A program made the position numbers and the translations under genes. Below are positions 51,583 to 64,000 of a stretch of 64,000 nucleotides of DNA, piece after piece. Within the stretch, counting starts at the first letter, position 1. Every line of letters begins with the position of its first letter. The notes under the pieces were generated by a model, which had not been told where the DNA came from, made no database searches, and saw only the letters and a list, made by a program, of their open reading frames with translations. Origin of the DNA: Octopus vulgaris. Lineage: Eukaryota. The stretch spans positions 36,952,001-37,016,000 of the forward strand of contig OX597827.1 of assembly GCA_951406725.2 (NCBI GenBank). Reading direction: 5' to 3'.

Positions 51583-52769
51583 GTTTAGAAATATTAATTG
51601 TGTGACATTCATTGACAAATTATCTGGTTTTTCTTATTATACAATACAATAGCTATTGCAAACTTAACCATAAATAACAGCTTTCTAGCACAATGAGAAC
51701 ACCTGTGTATAGTCAATTATTATTATATTAATAACAAAATTCACAATTTTTAGAAGCTAAAGTGTAAAAATCTTAGTCCATAAAACATTTTTTTATCTCT
51801 TCTCAGCTTTTACTATCATTTAGAAACTATTTTTGTGTGTGACTATTTTTTGGCCTTTCGTCAAAATTGACCAATGCTGGCATTGTTATTTTTATATACA
51901 ATTAATTTTTGTGATCATAGAATTTCCCACAAGATATCTGCTAGATATTTCAACAAATTATATGAAGATTTCAGATATTCACAGCCAGTAGACTGTAGTT
52001 TGCACATGAGAATTGTGCTCAAGATCTTTCATAGCATGGACAATTGATAGGATATATCTTTTTAAACCCATTTGATTGTTTCAGTTATGCTGGAGAACAA
52101 CCTTGAAGAGTTTTAGTTGAACAAATCAACCCCTGTACTTTTGTACAAGTATGGCACTTATTCTATCAATTACATTTGTCAAATTGCTAAATTGTGGGGA
52201 TGTAAACAAACCAATATTGGTTGTCAAGCAGCGGGAATGGTGGTAAACACAAACACATACACATGCATGCATGCACACACACACACGGGACTCCTACACA
52301 GTTTCCATTTACCAAACCCACGCACGAAGCATTGGTTTAGCCTGTGGTAATAGCAGAAAATACTTGCCCAAACTGCCATGCAGAGGGAGAGACTAAACCA
52401 AAAACTTTATGGCTGCAAAACCTTTTGTTTGGCTAAAATCTTGTGATTATGTAACCAATGTATTCTGTGAAAATTACATCCACAAAATTAAAGAATATTC
52501 TGCCCATCTCACTTCAAACCACTGGGGAAATTACTTTGGAGGGAATGAATTAATTGCTTTAATGTGCTCTACCACTGAAGTCTGTTGTACTGATGAATTA
52601 AAAGAACAAAGCCAAACAAGAAGAAGTAAAACAGCTGGGGAATCTTTTCAATACTATGTTGTTGGATTTCTGCAGTTGACTTGAATACATGTACAAGGTA
52701 TGTTCTACACATACTGATTTCTGCACTGAACTCCTTTCACAGAGAATCCAACAGTGTCCCATATTCCCT

Positions 52770-54480
52770 TGTATCTGTAGTAGTGTAGTAATTCTCACTT
52801 TCATTAATACAGCAGACTGAAAAGATGGGCTGTAAATAGGCTTTACTCTTCTGAGAATGAGAGTACAGGATCTGTCAGGAGTAGCTTTAGTCATTAACCT
52901 GGCTGGTCAGCAGACATACATATTTAAATGCTATTTCTAAGCCTCATTTTCAACTAGCTTTAGTAAAATTGACAGTAGTAAATATAACGTATATATCAAT
53001 AATATTAATACGCTTAGTTTTGTTTGTTTTTGTAAATACCTGTGGTGTGTGTCACACTTCAAAGGAAGAAGTGAATAGCAAAGCGAGAGAGAGGAGGACG
53101 AAGAGGAAGCAAGAGAGAAAGAGAGACAGACATACAGTGAGTGGTGACGACATTTGTTTTGTGTTTTTAAATGTTTCAGAGAGGAAGTAAGATAGAAACA
53201 GATAGAGAGAGTGAGAGAGACAGAAAGAGAGAAAGAGAGTATGAGAGAGACAGAGAGAGAGTGAAAGAGACAGTGAGTGGTGATGGAATTCGTTTTGTGT
53301 TTTTAAATGTATATCATATCGCAAGAAAAGTAGATACATAGACACAGCAAATATTGGATATCACTTAACACTTTTCATTACCATATGAGGATAAAATTAT
53401 CTTGCAAGTGGCTGAGTACTCTACAAACATACATATCATTAACGTAGTTCTCAGGGAGATTCAGCGTTACACAGAATATAACAAGGCTGGCCCCTTTGAA
53501 GTGCAGCTACAGCTCATTTTGGCTAGCTGAGTGGACTGGAGCAAGATAAACCTTCAAATGGTAGGAAGAAAACAGAAAAAGATCCTATATAGGGGCAGGA
53601 AAATCTTTTTAGTTTTTACAGTCACTATGGGTGTTAATCTGGTCCTAACAGCAGTATTTGCGGGTCTCACAGATCTGGCATTTCTGGGTCTCACAGGCTG
53701 TTATCATCAAACTGAGCGTGAGTTGAGGATGAATACATGATGGAATAGCAATTATTTCGTCTTAGCTTTCACTGCTTATACTAAACACATGGGCTCTGTT
53801 GTATATTTTGCAGTCTGCGATATATTCAAACATGTCAGGGCCGATGTAATTGGTGAGCTGGTGGAATTTATCCTCTGCTGCTGCATTGAATGATTCTAGG
53901 AAGTTGGTAAAGGTAAAAGGCTAATGCTTCCATCGTTTTCTGGTAGTAGGTGAGGCTGGGTCAACATCGAAATTTTCCAGGCATAGTGCTTTGTTCATTT
54001 AGAAGAGTAAATTGTGGTAGTGTAGTAATTCTCAGTTTTCTTAATACAGGAGACTGAAAAGATGGGCTGTAAATCGGTTTTACTCTTCTAAGAATGAGAG
54101 TACAGTATAGTCAGGAACCTATTTCTTTACTACCCACAAGGAGCTAAACACAGAGAGGACAAACAAGGACAGGCAAATGGATTAAATCGATTATATCGAC
54201 CCCAGTGCATAACTGGTACTTATTTAATCAACCCCGAAAGGATGAAAGGCAAAGTCGACCTCGGCAGAATTTGAACTGAGAACGTAGTGGCAGATGAAAT
54301 ACCGCTAAGCATTTCACCCGGCGTGCTAACGTTTCTGCCAGCTCGCCGCCTTGTCATGAACCTGGTCTAGTCATGAACCTGGCTGGTCAGCAGACAGCCA
54401 AGTTTAAATATCATTTCTAAACCTCGTTTTCATTCCAAAGCCTCGTTTTCAATTGGCTGTAGTAATATTGACTGTAATAT
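52770..54480 (-). mobile_element. Second-family Gypsy-like LTR element remnant (two LTR copies plus gag N-terminus)
   Basis: Direct repeats ~52776-52955 and ~54013-54455. Immediately after the latter, on minus, is MNKALCLENFDVDPASPTTTRKRWKH*PFTFTNFL...LTNYIGPDMFEYIADC (Gypsy gag-like). Confidence 0.65.
54121..54352 (-). mobile_element. Meta-domain-like SINE inserted in the LTR, with TSD
   Basis: Reverse complement of 44774-45008; TSD gtca(g/t)gaacct. Confidence 0.9.
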
Positions 54481-54484
54481 TGAT

Positions 54485-54900
54485 AGGCGCAGGAGTGGCT
54501 GTGTGGTAAGTAGCTTGCTAACCAACCACATGGTTCCGGGTTCAGTCCCACTGCGCGGCATCTTGGGCAAGTGTCTTCTGCTATAGCCCCGGGCCAACCA
54601 ATGCCTTGTGAGTGGATTTGGTAGACGGAAACTGAAAGAAGCCCGTCGTATATATGTATATATATATATATGTGTGTGTGTGTATGTTTGTGTGTCTGTG
54701 TTTGTCCCTCTAGCATTGCTTGACAACCGATGCTGGTGTGTTTACGTCCCCGTCACTTAGCGGTTCGGCAAAAGAGACCGATAGAATAAGTACTGGGCTT
54801 ACAAAGAATAAGTCCCAGGGTCGATTTGCTCGACTAAAGGCGGTGCTCCAGCATGGCCACAGTCAAATGACTGAAACAAGGAAAAGAGAAAGAGAAAGAG
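54485..54900 (+). mobile_element. Octopus tRNA-derived CORE-like SINE (OR-type), young full-length copy
   Basis: tRNA-like head (tggctgtgtggtaag; ggttcagtccc), cttgggcaagtgtctt core, internal (TA)/(TG) tract and (aaagag)n tail; at least 15 copies or fragments in the window. Confidence 0.9.
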
Positions 54901-55439
54901 AGTAGTAAATACAGCATGGATAGTTACAGTAATAATATCAGTAATTATTATCACAGTGTCCTCTTTTGTTCTTGTTCTCTTCATTCTTTATATGATTGGT
55001 GTTTTTCAACTTCGTGTCAGTTCTAAATCTTTGAAAAGGAATTGCACATTCCCTGCTGTGTGAGATTCAGTTACTTCACCAATTCCCAAGAAAAGTGTAC
55101 CTTCTTTACAGTAACCATCACTAATTTACTTAGCAGAAACTGATTTCTTCCTACATTCTATTTGCTGAATTATCACATCTGATGGAAGCAGTTTCAACTG
55201 AGATTTGCTGTCAAAATCGATCTAGATCACTTTTAAAAGCCCTTTACAGAAAATCATGATTAACGTATTGAAGTTCCCAATCAATAGCATTATATCTCAC
55301 TGAGATTAAGTTTGCTTTTTATCCTTCCAGGGTCAATAAAGTAAAATACTAGGGTCGATTTAATCAGCTAACTCCAACCCACCAAATCTATGACCTTGTA
55401 CCTATATTAGAAGTGGATATATATATATTGGATGGCTTG

Positions 55440-55960
55440 TTACAATCTTATAGTATCTGTATTTCAGAATCCCCTACCCTAGATAACTAGTTGTTTGTGG
55501 AAAGTGTGTCTTACATTCATTATATGAATCATATATTCACCTATCAATTTTATTACAAAATGCACAGCTATGAAACTTCAGATGCCTTTTTGGTTGCATT
55601 GTATGAAGATGTTGTTTCCAAACATGTTTGATGAATGTCATTTATATAAATGAATAATATTCTCTCACCACACAGAAATAATGAAGCCTTAATTATAGTA
55701 TGAGTATATAAATGAAATAAAGCTAATGTAGGCATACTGTTACCCAATGATATTATTACCTCCAACTGTCTTAAAGTAGATAACATAATGATCTTTTTTA
55801 CATCCTATCAACCTCCATGATGAACATCATTCCAGCAACTTCTTTTCAATATTCTCTTCCTTCTTCTGTTCATATAATAGGTAGTTAATTGTAAAAGCCT
55901 TCACACTTTGCTACTCTCATATTGTTAATGCACAATCTACCTTTAATTTTCATCCAAAAG
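55440..55960 (-). pseudogene. Possible degenerate DNA-transposase fragment (Sola-like)
   Basis: Across frameshifts: GNSMPTLALFHL...K and TFIKHVWKQHL..MQPKRHLKFHSCAFC, resembling the MP....HL / F..W....P......F..C..C pattern recalled from Sola-like transposases. Confidence 0.3.
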
Positions 55961-56138
55961 ACTTTCCTTGTGGCAAGGAATGCTTTGAAATATTTTATTT
56001 TATTAGAGTTACTTCTTGCTATTTGACTTTTACAGATACATGACTAGGTGGCTGCTCTGTCACTGATTCCATTAGAGTTGTTTCTATACACACACTGTTG
56101 AGTTCTTGGTGGCTGCTTAGCTAGATTCAGTCTCTACA

Positions 56139-56538
56139 TCTCTCTATATATAAAGATGAAGTTGTCTGTATAAGGCAGGTTTGGTAGCTTTCAACTAACA
56201 CTATCTCCTCTGAGACCCTGCGGTGCAAGTTGACAAAAATTGAGAGTATGATAGAAGAAGGCTTGCTCTTCCTTCCGTAGAAGAAAAATTTCAAATCAGA
56301 CCATGTTAACACCAAAAATTATTTACATCAAAAAGGTGCTTTTTTTTCTATGAAAATCTCTATTTTTTATGATTTTTTTGACTGCTGTGTTGCCATTTTT
56401 CGGTGTATTTCACCCAGAAAAATGTTCACTTAAAGAGAATAACAAGCTACATAATGCAAAATTTTTACTTTTCAAAAATTCCATTTCTAAAGGGTCAAAA
56501 AGAAAACAAACCCGAGCAACGCCGGACGATACTGCTAG
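56139..56538 (+). mobile_element. Non-autonomous Helitron
   Basis: A|TCtctctatatataaag at the 5' end; hairpin cccgagcaacgccgg then CTAG|T at the 3' end. Confidence 0.8.
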
Positions 56539-57105
56539 TCTGAATATAATATCAGTACTTTTAAAAGCAGTGAAAATGTTTTTTCTTTTTTATTCTTCAG
56601 AGAGTGGTGTCAAGTTCATCTACTGAATTACTCTTTGGTATCATTTTTCAGTTTGGAAAACAATAGAAGTGTGCCAGAAATTAGTTCATTAGCATCAGTC
56701 TTGGAAATACGACCATCTAGAATTAATGGCTCTGATAGCAGACATGAAATCTTAGCTTCAGCACAGGATATGCAAATTAGAAATAATAATTACACCCTAA
56801 ATTTACATTTTGTTCCTTGGAAGCATTCATCATTCTCTTCTAACAAGATAATTAAGAACTTAATTAGACAAATCTTCAATGGTTTGATGCTCTTCCTGTC
56901 ACCAATGCGCACCTGTTTCCAAGCAAAGTATTATTTCCCTTAGCACTATGGACAATGAACATCTCAGTGCCCAGACAAAATTATGAACAAATGACACTAT
57001 TTAAATGAATGGTTTAATTTGTTTTCAATATTAAGGGAAGAATACACACGCACATGCACATACATAAACATTCACATACATACACATACACATACACACA
57101 TACAG

Positions 57106-57157
<52 letters not shown>

Positions 57158-58559
57158 ATATTTCTGTGTGTAAGGGAGATTCATACTCACATTATTCACA
57201 AGGCATTTGTTCCGCTCATGGCCTCAGTAGAAGATAGCTGACAGCATCCACATAGAGGGAACAAACCATAAACCCCATGGTTCCTCTCTGTGTTTCTGTA
57301 TGTGGTATTTTATAGCACTGCACACATTATATGACTATTTGTATTATTATTAATCTTAATCTTGGATCTAATCTTATTCTGTTTCCTATAATCTTCAAAA
57401 CTTTTTTTTGATTTTTGGTATATTATAACTGCTGGTATTCTCTTCTACAGATTTAGCATTATTATTATAGTTAAAATAATAAAAAATGTACATTTTGAAT
57501 ATGAATGTACTTTTTCTTTCTACTTGTTTGGTATGGGAGAAGCAGCAGTGCTCATGGCCTTCGTAGAGCCTCCAAAACAAGAGAGATTGATGCTGTTTAT
57601 GGTTTTGAACATTTGTAAGTCTGTAGTAAAGGCATGAGCAGGGAGGAAATTTCAAAGGGTTACATTTTGTCAAGGAAGAAATGGGTGTGGGGATTAGTGC
57701 AAGACCTGGTGTGGGTGGATATAACAAGGGCAAGAGGAGGAGACACAGGGTGTCTGAAATACCTAAGTGAGGATGGTATGAGCTCAGCCATCTCCAAAGA
57801 GGAGAGATCATTATGGTAGCAGTAGAAAAGGCAGAGAGAGGATACAGTAAATGTATGAGCCAGAGAGTAGAATATGTCTGTAAAGGACTTTATACCAGTC
57901 AGTTGCACAGCTCTATTTTGAAAATGTCTATGTGTGTTGTATCAGCACTAACCCAGATGTGAGAATAATACTCCATCATAGGCCCACCTGAACTTTGTGT
58001 GCATGTATTTGTGTTTGTGTGTATGCATGCATATATGCATGCCTTCACTTTTCTTTTTACTTAGTTTATTCTTCCAAGTTGTAGGGAGATGGTTTCTAAC
58101 AAAGAAACAAAGCTCTATCATTGGAATTTGGAAAACATTACTTTTCAAACGTTAGGAATGCCTTGCATATTTTTACTGTTCCATCTACAGATTATATCTG
58201 TAAAGTACATGCTGGTGGGTTTCTTTTTTTTTTCCCCATCACAAAAAACAACTTCTCCAAATTGTCAAAACCAAGTGTTAATGATTATTGGTATAAATGT
58301 GAATTTATCATCAATATCAATAAGCTGAAAGTTTTTAAAAAATTTCCAGCTTCTTTACATTGATTTTAGAATAGATATTCACATCTGCTAAACTATTAGC
58401 CTCTATGGCTGTACATCATCCTTCTTTTCTGCCCCAAATATGTATATCAGGCCTGTAATGTTTCCACTTGGTAGAAATTTTGATGGGAATTTACACCAGT
58501 ATTCCTTGTGCATGTATATGTGCATGTGTTAAGCCTGTACATATGTATGTATATTTGTG

Positions 58560-59900
58560 TATATGTTTTTCTGTTAGCAAAAAGCAAGGGATATTGTAAA
58601 ACATCATATGAACAATGAGTTTCATTTATGAACGTGATGCTATTGTTACAACATTTCAAAACAATATCTCATTTACCATGTTGTTCTCCAACCATAATAA
58701 TAGCCACTTCGTTACACTCAGGAACATTGAATCAATGGACATGTTCTCTGGCTGGTCTTTTGTTGGCATCAATGACAACTTAAAAGTCCACAGTTGAAGT
58801 ATATTCTAAAGCATACTGAGAGCTTCTCACATAAGAATTCTATTCGTAAAGCATTTCATGCAGCTTAAAAATAAGTTCTAATCTTCTACCTGGACAATTC
58901 TTGTTGCGATACTGTGCTTCTTTTCGATTGTCACCTGTGAAATATATTTGTAAAAATTGTGGATCTTTATTCGGTAAAGGCTTAAGAGAGACAATTATGT
59001 GATAAATTTGTCCTTGCACTTTAAAAGTTGGCATAAACCCACTTTCCCTAATAATTTTTGCCCCAAATGATGTCATTTGAAAAGCACAATTGTATGCTTG
59101 AATATTTTTAAGGAAGTGATTTGATTCTGAAATGGTTCCCCCCAAAAAAGATGTTTTATAAGTTCTGGAGGCTCAAGTTTTGGTAAATGGACCTTACCTT
59201 TAGAACAACACATACCTAATGATTCCTTGTCCCACTTCCTAGCACCACACTTTATCCATGTTTTGCACAAAGAGCCCAGAGAGACAATTTTTTCAGATGC
59301 ATAAATTTCTGTAATTTTCTTTCTTTCTCTGCAATCTTATTTCCATATCTTTATCGCCTTCTTGTTCTCTTGTCCTCCTCTCATATTCCCTCATATTTTG
59401 CAACTTAGCGTTCTGGTGGTTTTTATTTTCTTCTACAATTTTTCATATTAAGTGTTTGAATTCCAATTCTTTTGTCTTTTTTACTGTTTTGTGATATTTC
59501 ATTTCTTTTCATGCTCATGATTGTTTATGGGAAAGAGAGCATCGTAGTGGCCATTGTCAATTTTGTCACTATATAACACTGAAATCTTCCTTTCTGTAAC
59601 TGTTCAACCACAAACTGTTGAACAGAGGAAGAATAATTCCATCATCATTTTTGCGATAAACCTGAATTGCAACATTGTACAATTAACTAATGGCAGCTAA
59701 TTCAACATTACTGCTGTATGTTCCATCCCTGCTCGTGTATGCTTGGTATTCATGTATTATACTATTAGGAATAAAAGAATGAAAATACTTCCATTTATTG
59801 CATATGTATTGTACAGACTCTTCCTGAAAAATTTGATAATTTCTGTTGTTTCTGAGCAAGAGTGACACAGCTCTGAACATACAGTTACCATCACCCATGA
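58560..59900 (-). mobile_element. Degenerate Helitron N-terminal coding region with OTU cysteine-protease domain
   Basis: OTU: GDGNCMFRAVS...ELAAIS...GHYDAL. Helitron region: CGARKW...MCCSKGKV, FLKNIQAYNCAFQMTSFG, FKVQGQIYH, PQFLQIYF, NEVAII, SYDVLQYPLLF. Confidence 0.88.
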
Positions 59901-60397
59901 CCTTATTAAATTAATGTTCTTGTTGAATATTTTTCAATAAATTCAGTAAGGAACTTCAACTTCAGTTTAAACTTTAGATGGTTTTGTGAACAGAATTACA
60001 ACACCAAAAAGGATAAGATACTAAGTGGTAGCAATTTCCCCTTTAGAAATCTGTTTCTCTAACTTTGCGATAGATGAATGAGTGATTATAATATAATATT
60101 GTAAATAATAAAAATGAAATTAATAAGGTACTTCACCTTCAATGTTGACTTGAAACATTGTATTTGTGAAAAGAAAAGTGAATTGCCTCTATGTATTCAG
60201 TAGATGATAACTTCTTTACCATCTTTTCATAAATGGAAAAAAAGAGAATACTTCAGTTATTCTTGGATAATTTCGGTTTAAACATTGTCAAATACTTGTC
60301 TATAGATTTGTGAGTGTGTGTATGTATGTTACAGAGAAAGAGAAAGAGAGAGAGAGACACACACACACACATACACACACAAAGAGAGATAGTGAGA

Positions 60398-60459
<62 letters not shown>

Positions 60460-60781
60460 CAGACAGACAGAGTGAGAAGCAGAGAAAAAGAGAGTGAGAG
60501 CCAGATAGAAAGAGATACGATAGAGAAAGAGATTGAAAGCACGTGTGTGTGTGTGTGTGTGTGTGTAGCTCCGAATGACAACTGAATTAGTGTTACTATC
60601 CCTTTGCCACTCCATATTTGTCACTTATGCAACTCTGTCTTCCCCTTCCCTAATATCTGTCACACTTTCTATGCCATTATGTTTACGCTCACACTATCAC
60701 TCTTGCACCCTCCTCATTTTATCAAATGATATCCCAACTTACCACTCCAATTTTATAAGTTATAAGATATTCATATATATA

Positions 60782-61042
60782 AAGTAAAGGCTATTTGCCA
60801 ACAAAATGTGGCTATCCCAAAAGGGATGATGCTACTGTTGTTTTAGCCCCAAGAAACATTGTGTCTTGCTGGCTATACAACACACTATCTATGTCCTTAT
60901 GTTTTCGAACAGGGAGCTACTGTATAAGCACACTGATAGTATGTTGTATAGCCAGCTAGAAACAATGTTTCTAAGGGCTAAAACAACAGTAACACCGTCC
61001 CTTTTGGGACAGCCACATTATGTTAGCAAATAGCCTTTACTT
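60782..61042. repeat. Fold-back element, ~119-bp arms, 23-nt loop
   Basis: 60782-60900 pairs with 60924-61042 (aagtaaaggctatttg...cttat / ataag...caaatagcctttactt). Confidence 0.9.
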
Positions 61043-61103
61043 CTTTAAAGAACTGTTACTGAATGTCTCCCTTTGAGAGATTTAGAAATAATTATACATA
61101 TAC

Positions 61104-61135
<32 letters not shown>

Positions 61136-61181
61136 ATATTTTATATATGCATGTGTGTGTGTATGTGTATATATATGTGTA

Positions 61182-61224
<43 letters not shown>

Positions 61225-63413
61225 CTGTTTGTATTTTAGCTATCTATATATGAGTGTATGTGGATACATGCATATACACATTCAAACATACATACACATA
61301 TACGCACATGAATGTATGCATATGTACACATATACATATGCACTTGCATACATAAACAAACACACACATGCACACATACATACACATATACACACACACA
61401 GAGTAGTGGTGAGGATGAAAGCCCCATGATGGGAGTCAGTTTATGGAATAGATAAAACTGCCAGTGCATGAAATCAAGTGTCTTTATAGACAGGAATTAT
61501 ACCAAACATCAAACTATCGAAATATTCACTGACCAAACTACTTTATCAAATGATCCATAAACCATTTTGTCGTACTATCATTCTTTTGTTCTTCCATTCT
61601 TCTGTTCTGTGTTGTTGCCAATAACGCTTGCTGGCGTCATTCTTTTCTGTGTTGGTCTGTTTTTCCTTCCTCCTAAACTGTCCATAACCTCTTCCTTGTT
61701 CCATTATAACCTTTAATGGTTTATTATTCTTAAAATAATTACTGTGGATCCATCAGATATGATTTACTGCCTCCTTCCATTCTCTCCATGTCTGATTCCC
61801 GATATGGTTATGTGTTAATAAATGCCTTTGAACTCTCTTAATTTCATTCTCTCTGTTTTGTTGTTAGTGTGAAGACTGAGAGTTTTGCATCATTTTGAGA
61901 TGTTTCTATGGCCTTGAGTTGTTCTAGCAAGTTGTGTATAATATTATTTAACTATGTATGTGTGTGTGTAAAGATAAACAAGCAAGCAAATAGATATATA
62001 TATATATATATAAGCATAATGTGTGTGCATTTGTATGTGTATTAGTATGGATATGCATACACATTCATATATGTATATGTGTGTGGGGGTGTGTGGGGGT
62101 GTATGTGCATGCATGCACACATCCATTAATGTAGTTGAGTTGTTTGTGTATGTGACTGTGTTTTATGTGTATTTGTTCCCCTTCTCCTACAAGAGTTGAT
62201 AAAATATGTACCAGTTATGTAGTTGGGGTTGGCTGTGGTAGATGATTATATGACTGACTTTATACTCTCCACCATAAACCTTTGTTAGATGCTATCTTAC
62301 ATATTTATATCAAAATATGTTTCCTGCATTCACAATCTACCTCTGCTCTTTTAAGCTTAGTGTTTTAATGCAATTTACTGTTGCAAGCTAAACTTGCTTT
62401 TCTCTCTATTTGTATCAAGATATCTGTCCCAAATTATTTGTATCAAAATATCTACACATATCAGCCAATATCTAGTGTCTTCCTCTGCTCTCTTGATATT
62501 AGTGTTTTCTTGTTAATCAATGTTAGAGACTTGCTGGTTTTCTCTTCATGTGCAGTGAGTCTTCCATGTTTCACAAACATATTGCAGTATATCTTCTACG
62601 CTGACTTCTGGATACGTATCTTTTAAAGAGAAAGAGCGGGGGGAGGGGGAGACCACCTCATTTATTTTGAACTGATGTAGCAGTTTTAAATTTATTCTAT
62701 CTTTGAATCTCAGCTCCTGTGTCATTCCCAGGTCTTTTTGTGTCCATCCAAATAGTCTTACTATTGTGTCCACTTCACAGTAGAACTGGCAAAGGACTAA
62801 GGCAACTGAGGAAATGTAGTGATTAAGATGATTGACTAATCTTGGCAAAGCTATGTTTTTGGAAGTATAATGTGTATATACACAACTAGGCTCCTTGTCC
62901 GATTTCCTTGTCAAGCCTTCCCTATTGCTTCTCATCTCTCTGTCACTGATCCCTCCATCACTTGCCTAACTGCATTATTCTCTGCTGTAATTAAATGCAA
63001 GCAGAACAATATATTTCACCATCATAATTTTCTGTGATATCTATCATATTTCTCAGAACCTAGAGCTACTTTATTTAACATTTTGCCCTCTTTCTTAACA
63101 TTGTCCTTCTCTGCTCACATTTTACATTGATCACCCTTCTGTGCTATCATATTATCTCACCCTCCCCCACACACTACATATGTCTCCTCCCTCACACTCT
63201 TACAACCTACTTACCCACAAGTCTTCCTTTCTCTCATCCTTCCCCTTTCTACTTTATCATTACTATTCTTCTGATGTTCTTCACCCCTGCCTCACATACA
63301 AACACATATGTCATGAATGATGCATGTGTGTTTGTGTGTGTGTGTGTGTTTGTATAGTGTACTATTTGGTGAGGTTAACAAAAATGTACTCCATCTGGTG
63401 AGAGATAAATATA

Positions 63414-63705
63414 ATTTGATAAACACAATATATGTTTTTATGCGCTACTATTAGCTTTATGTGCTGAGAGCAGGCCAGACACCATTCTTAACATGTCTGG
63501 TATCCTAGCACAATCTTCAGACACTAAAAATGAGATAATAGGATGAGAAAAAGTGAGCTGTTGTCCCATTTTTAGTTTGTTATGCCATGTCGGCAGTGTC
63601 TGAAGAGTGTGCTAGGACACCAGGCATGTTAAAAAAATAGCTCTGGCATACTCAGCACATGAAACTAATAGCAGCACATAAAAACATATACTGTGTTTAT
63701 TAAAT
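63414..63705. mobile_element. Fold-back element (~111-bp arms) with a hammerhead in each arm
   Basis: 63414-63525 pairs with 63595-63705. Plus 63596-63677: gtgt-CTGAAGA-gtgtgct...agcacat-GAAA-ctaatag-CA-gcac. The minus copy 63442-63524 keeps TA at the cleavage site. Confidence 0.85.
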
Positions 63706-64000
63706 AAAAAATATATATTATTTGCTTGTTTCTTTTACATATGTTGTTCCATGCTATCATGGGTTAGGTGAGTGCATATTATTAAGACATTGTTTTATAG
63801 CTCATTGCCTCTTCATATACCCTTACTGCTTATCAAGAGATTTTTCTTCTACACATCTTCAAAAGCACAGAGGGCTTGTGCATATGTATGTACAAGGTGT
63901 TCAGGATAAATTTGAAGAGTTATTTTAATGTTTCCTTTTTTCAGGAACAGCTTGATGTTTTGGTGAACTGTCAACAGCGTTGGAGAACATAAAGATTAAA

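Noticed and set aside
52409-52684. 91-aa non-repetitive ORF as a host exon
   Set aside because: No recognisable domain, it starts at the edge of a SINE, and there are no supporting splice partners.
62546-62935. 129-aa minus-strand ORF
   Set aside because: No motif I can recognise; left unassigned.
265-63928. Numerous 60-170 aa ORFs rich in CV, YI, HT, MYVC, SL or ER
   Set aside because: They are translations of (CA)n, (TA)n, (ATAC)n and (GA)n microsatellites, not genes.

Overview
AT-rich, microsatellite-saturated eukaryotic DNA. The SINE families point to an octopus/coleoid cephalopod genome (inferred, not proven). I can support no intact host protein-coding gene; nearly all ORFs in the track are microsatellite artefacts. 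The window is a nested graveyard of mobile elements: tRNA-derived SINEs, mariner and DD37D (maT) transposons, three Gypsy-type LTR remnants, Penelope-like (PLE) RT and GIY-YIG remnants, R4/Dong-like and CR1-like LINE pieces, an OTU-bearing Helitron and two non-autonomous Helitrons. The signal the ORF track does not show is about 11 sequence-unrelated fold-back (inverted-repeat) elements in microsatellites, ten of them in the first 12 kb plus two near the end. Many carry minimal type-I hammerhead ribozymes (CUGANGA...GAAA-palindrome-UH), often one per arm on opposite strands. At 16869-16944 a hammerhead-like motif has its three strands in a non-circularly permuted order. All structures were folded by eye and none is experimentally validated.
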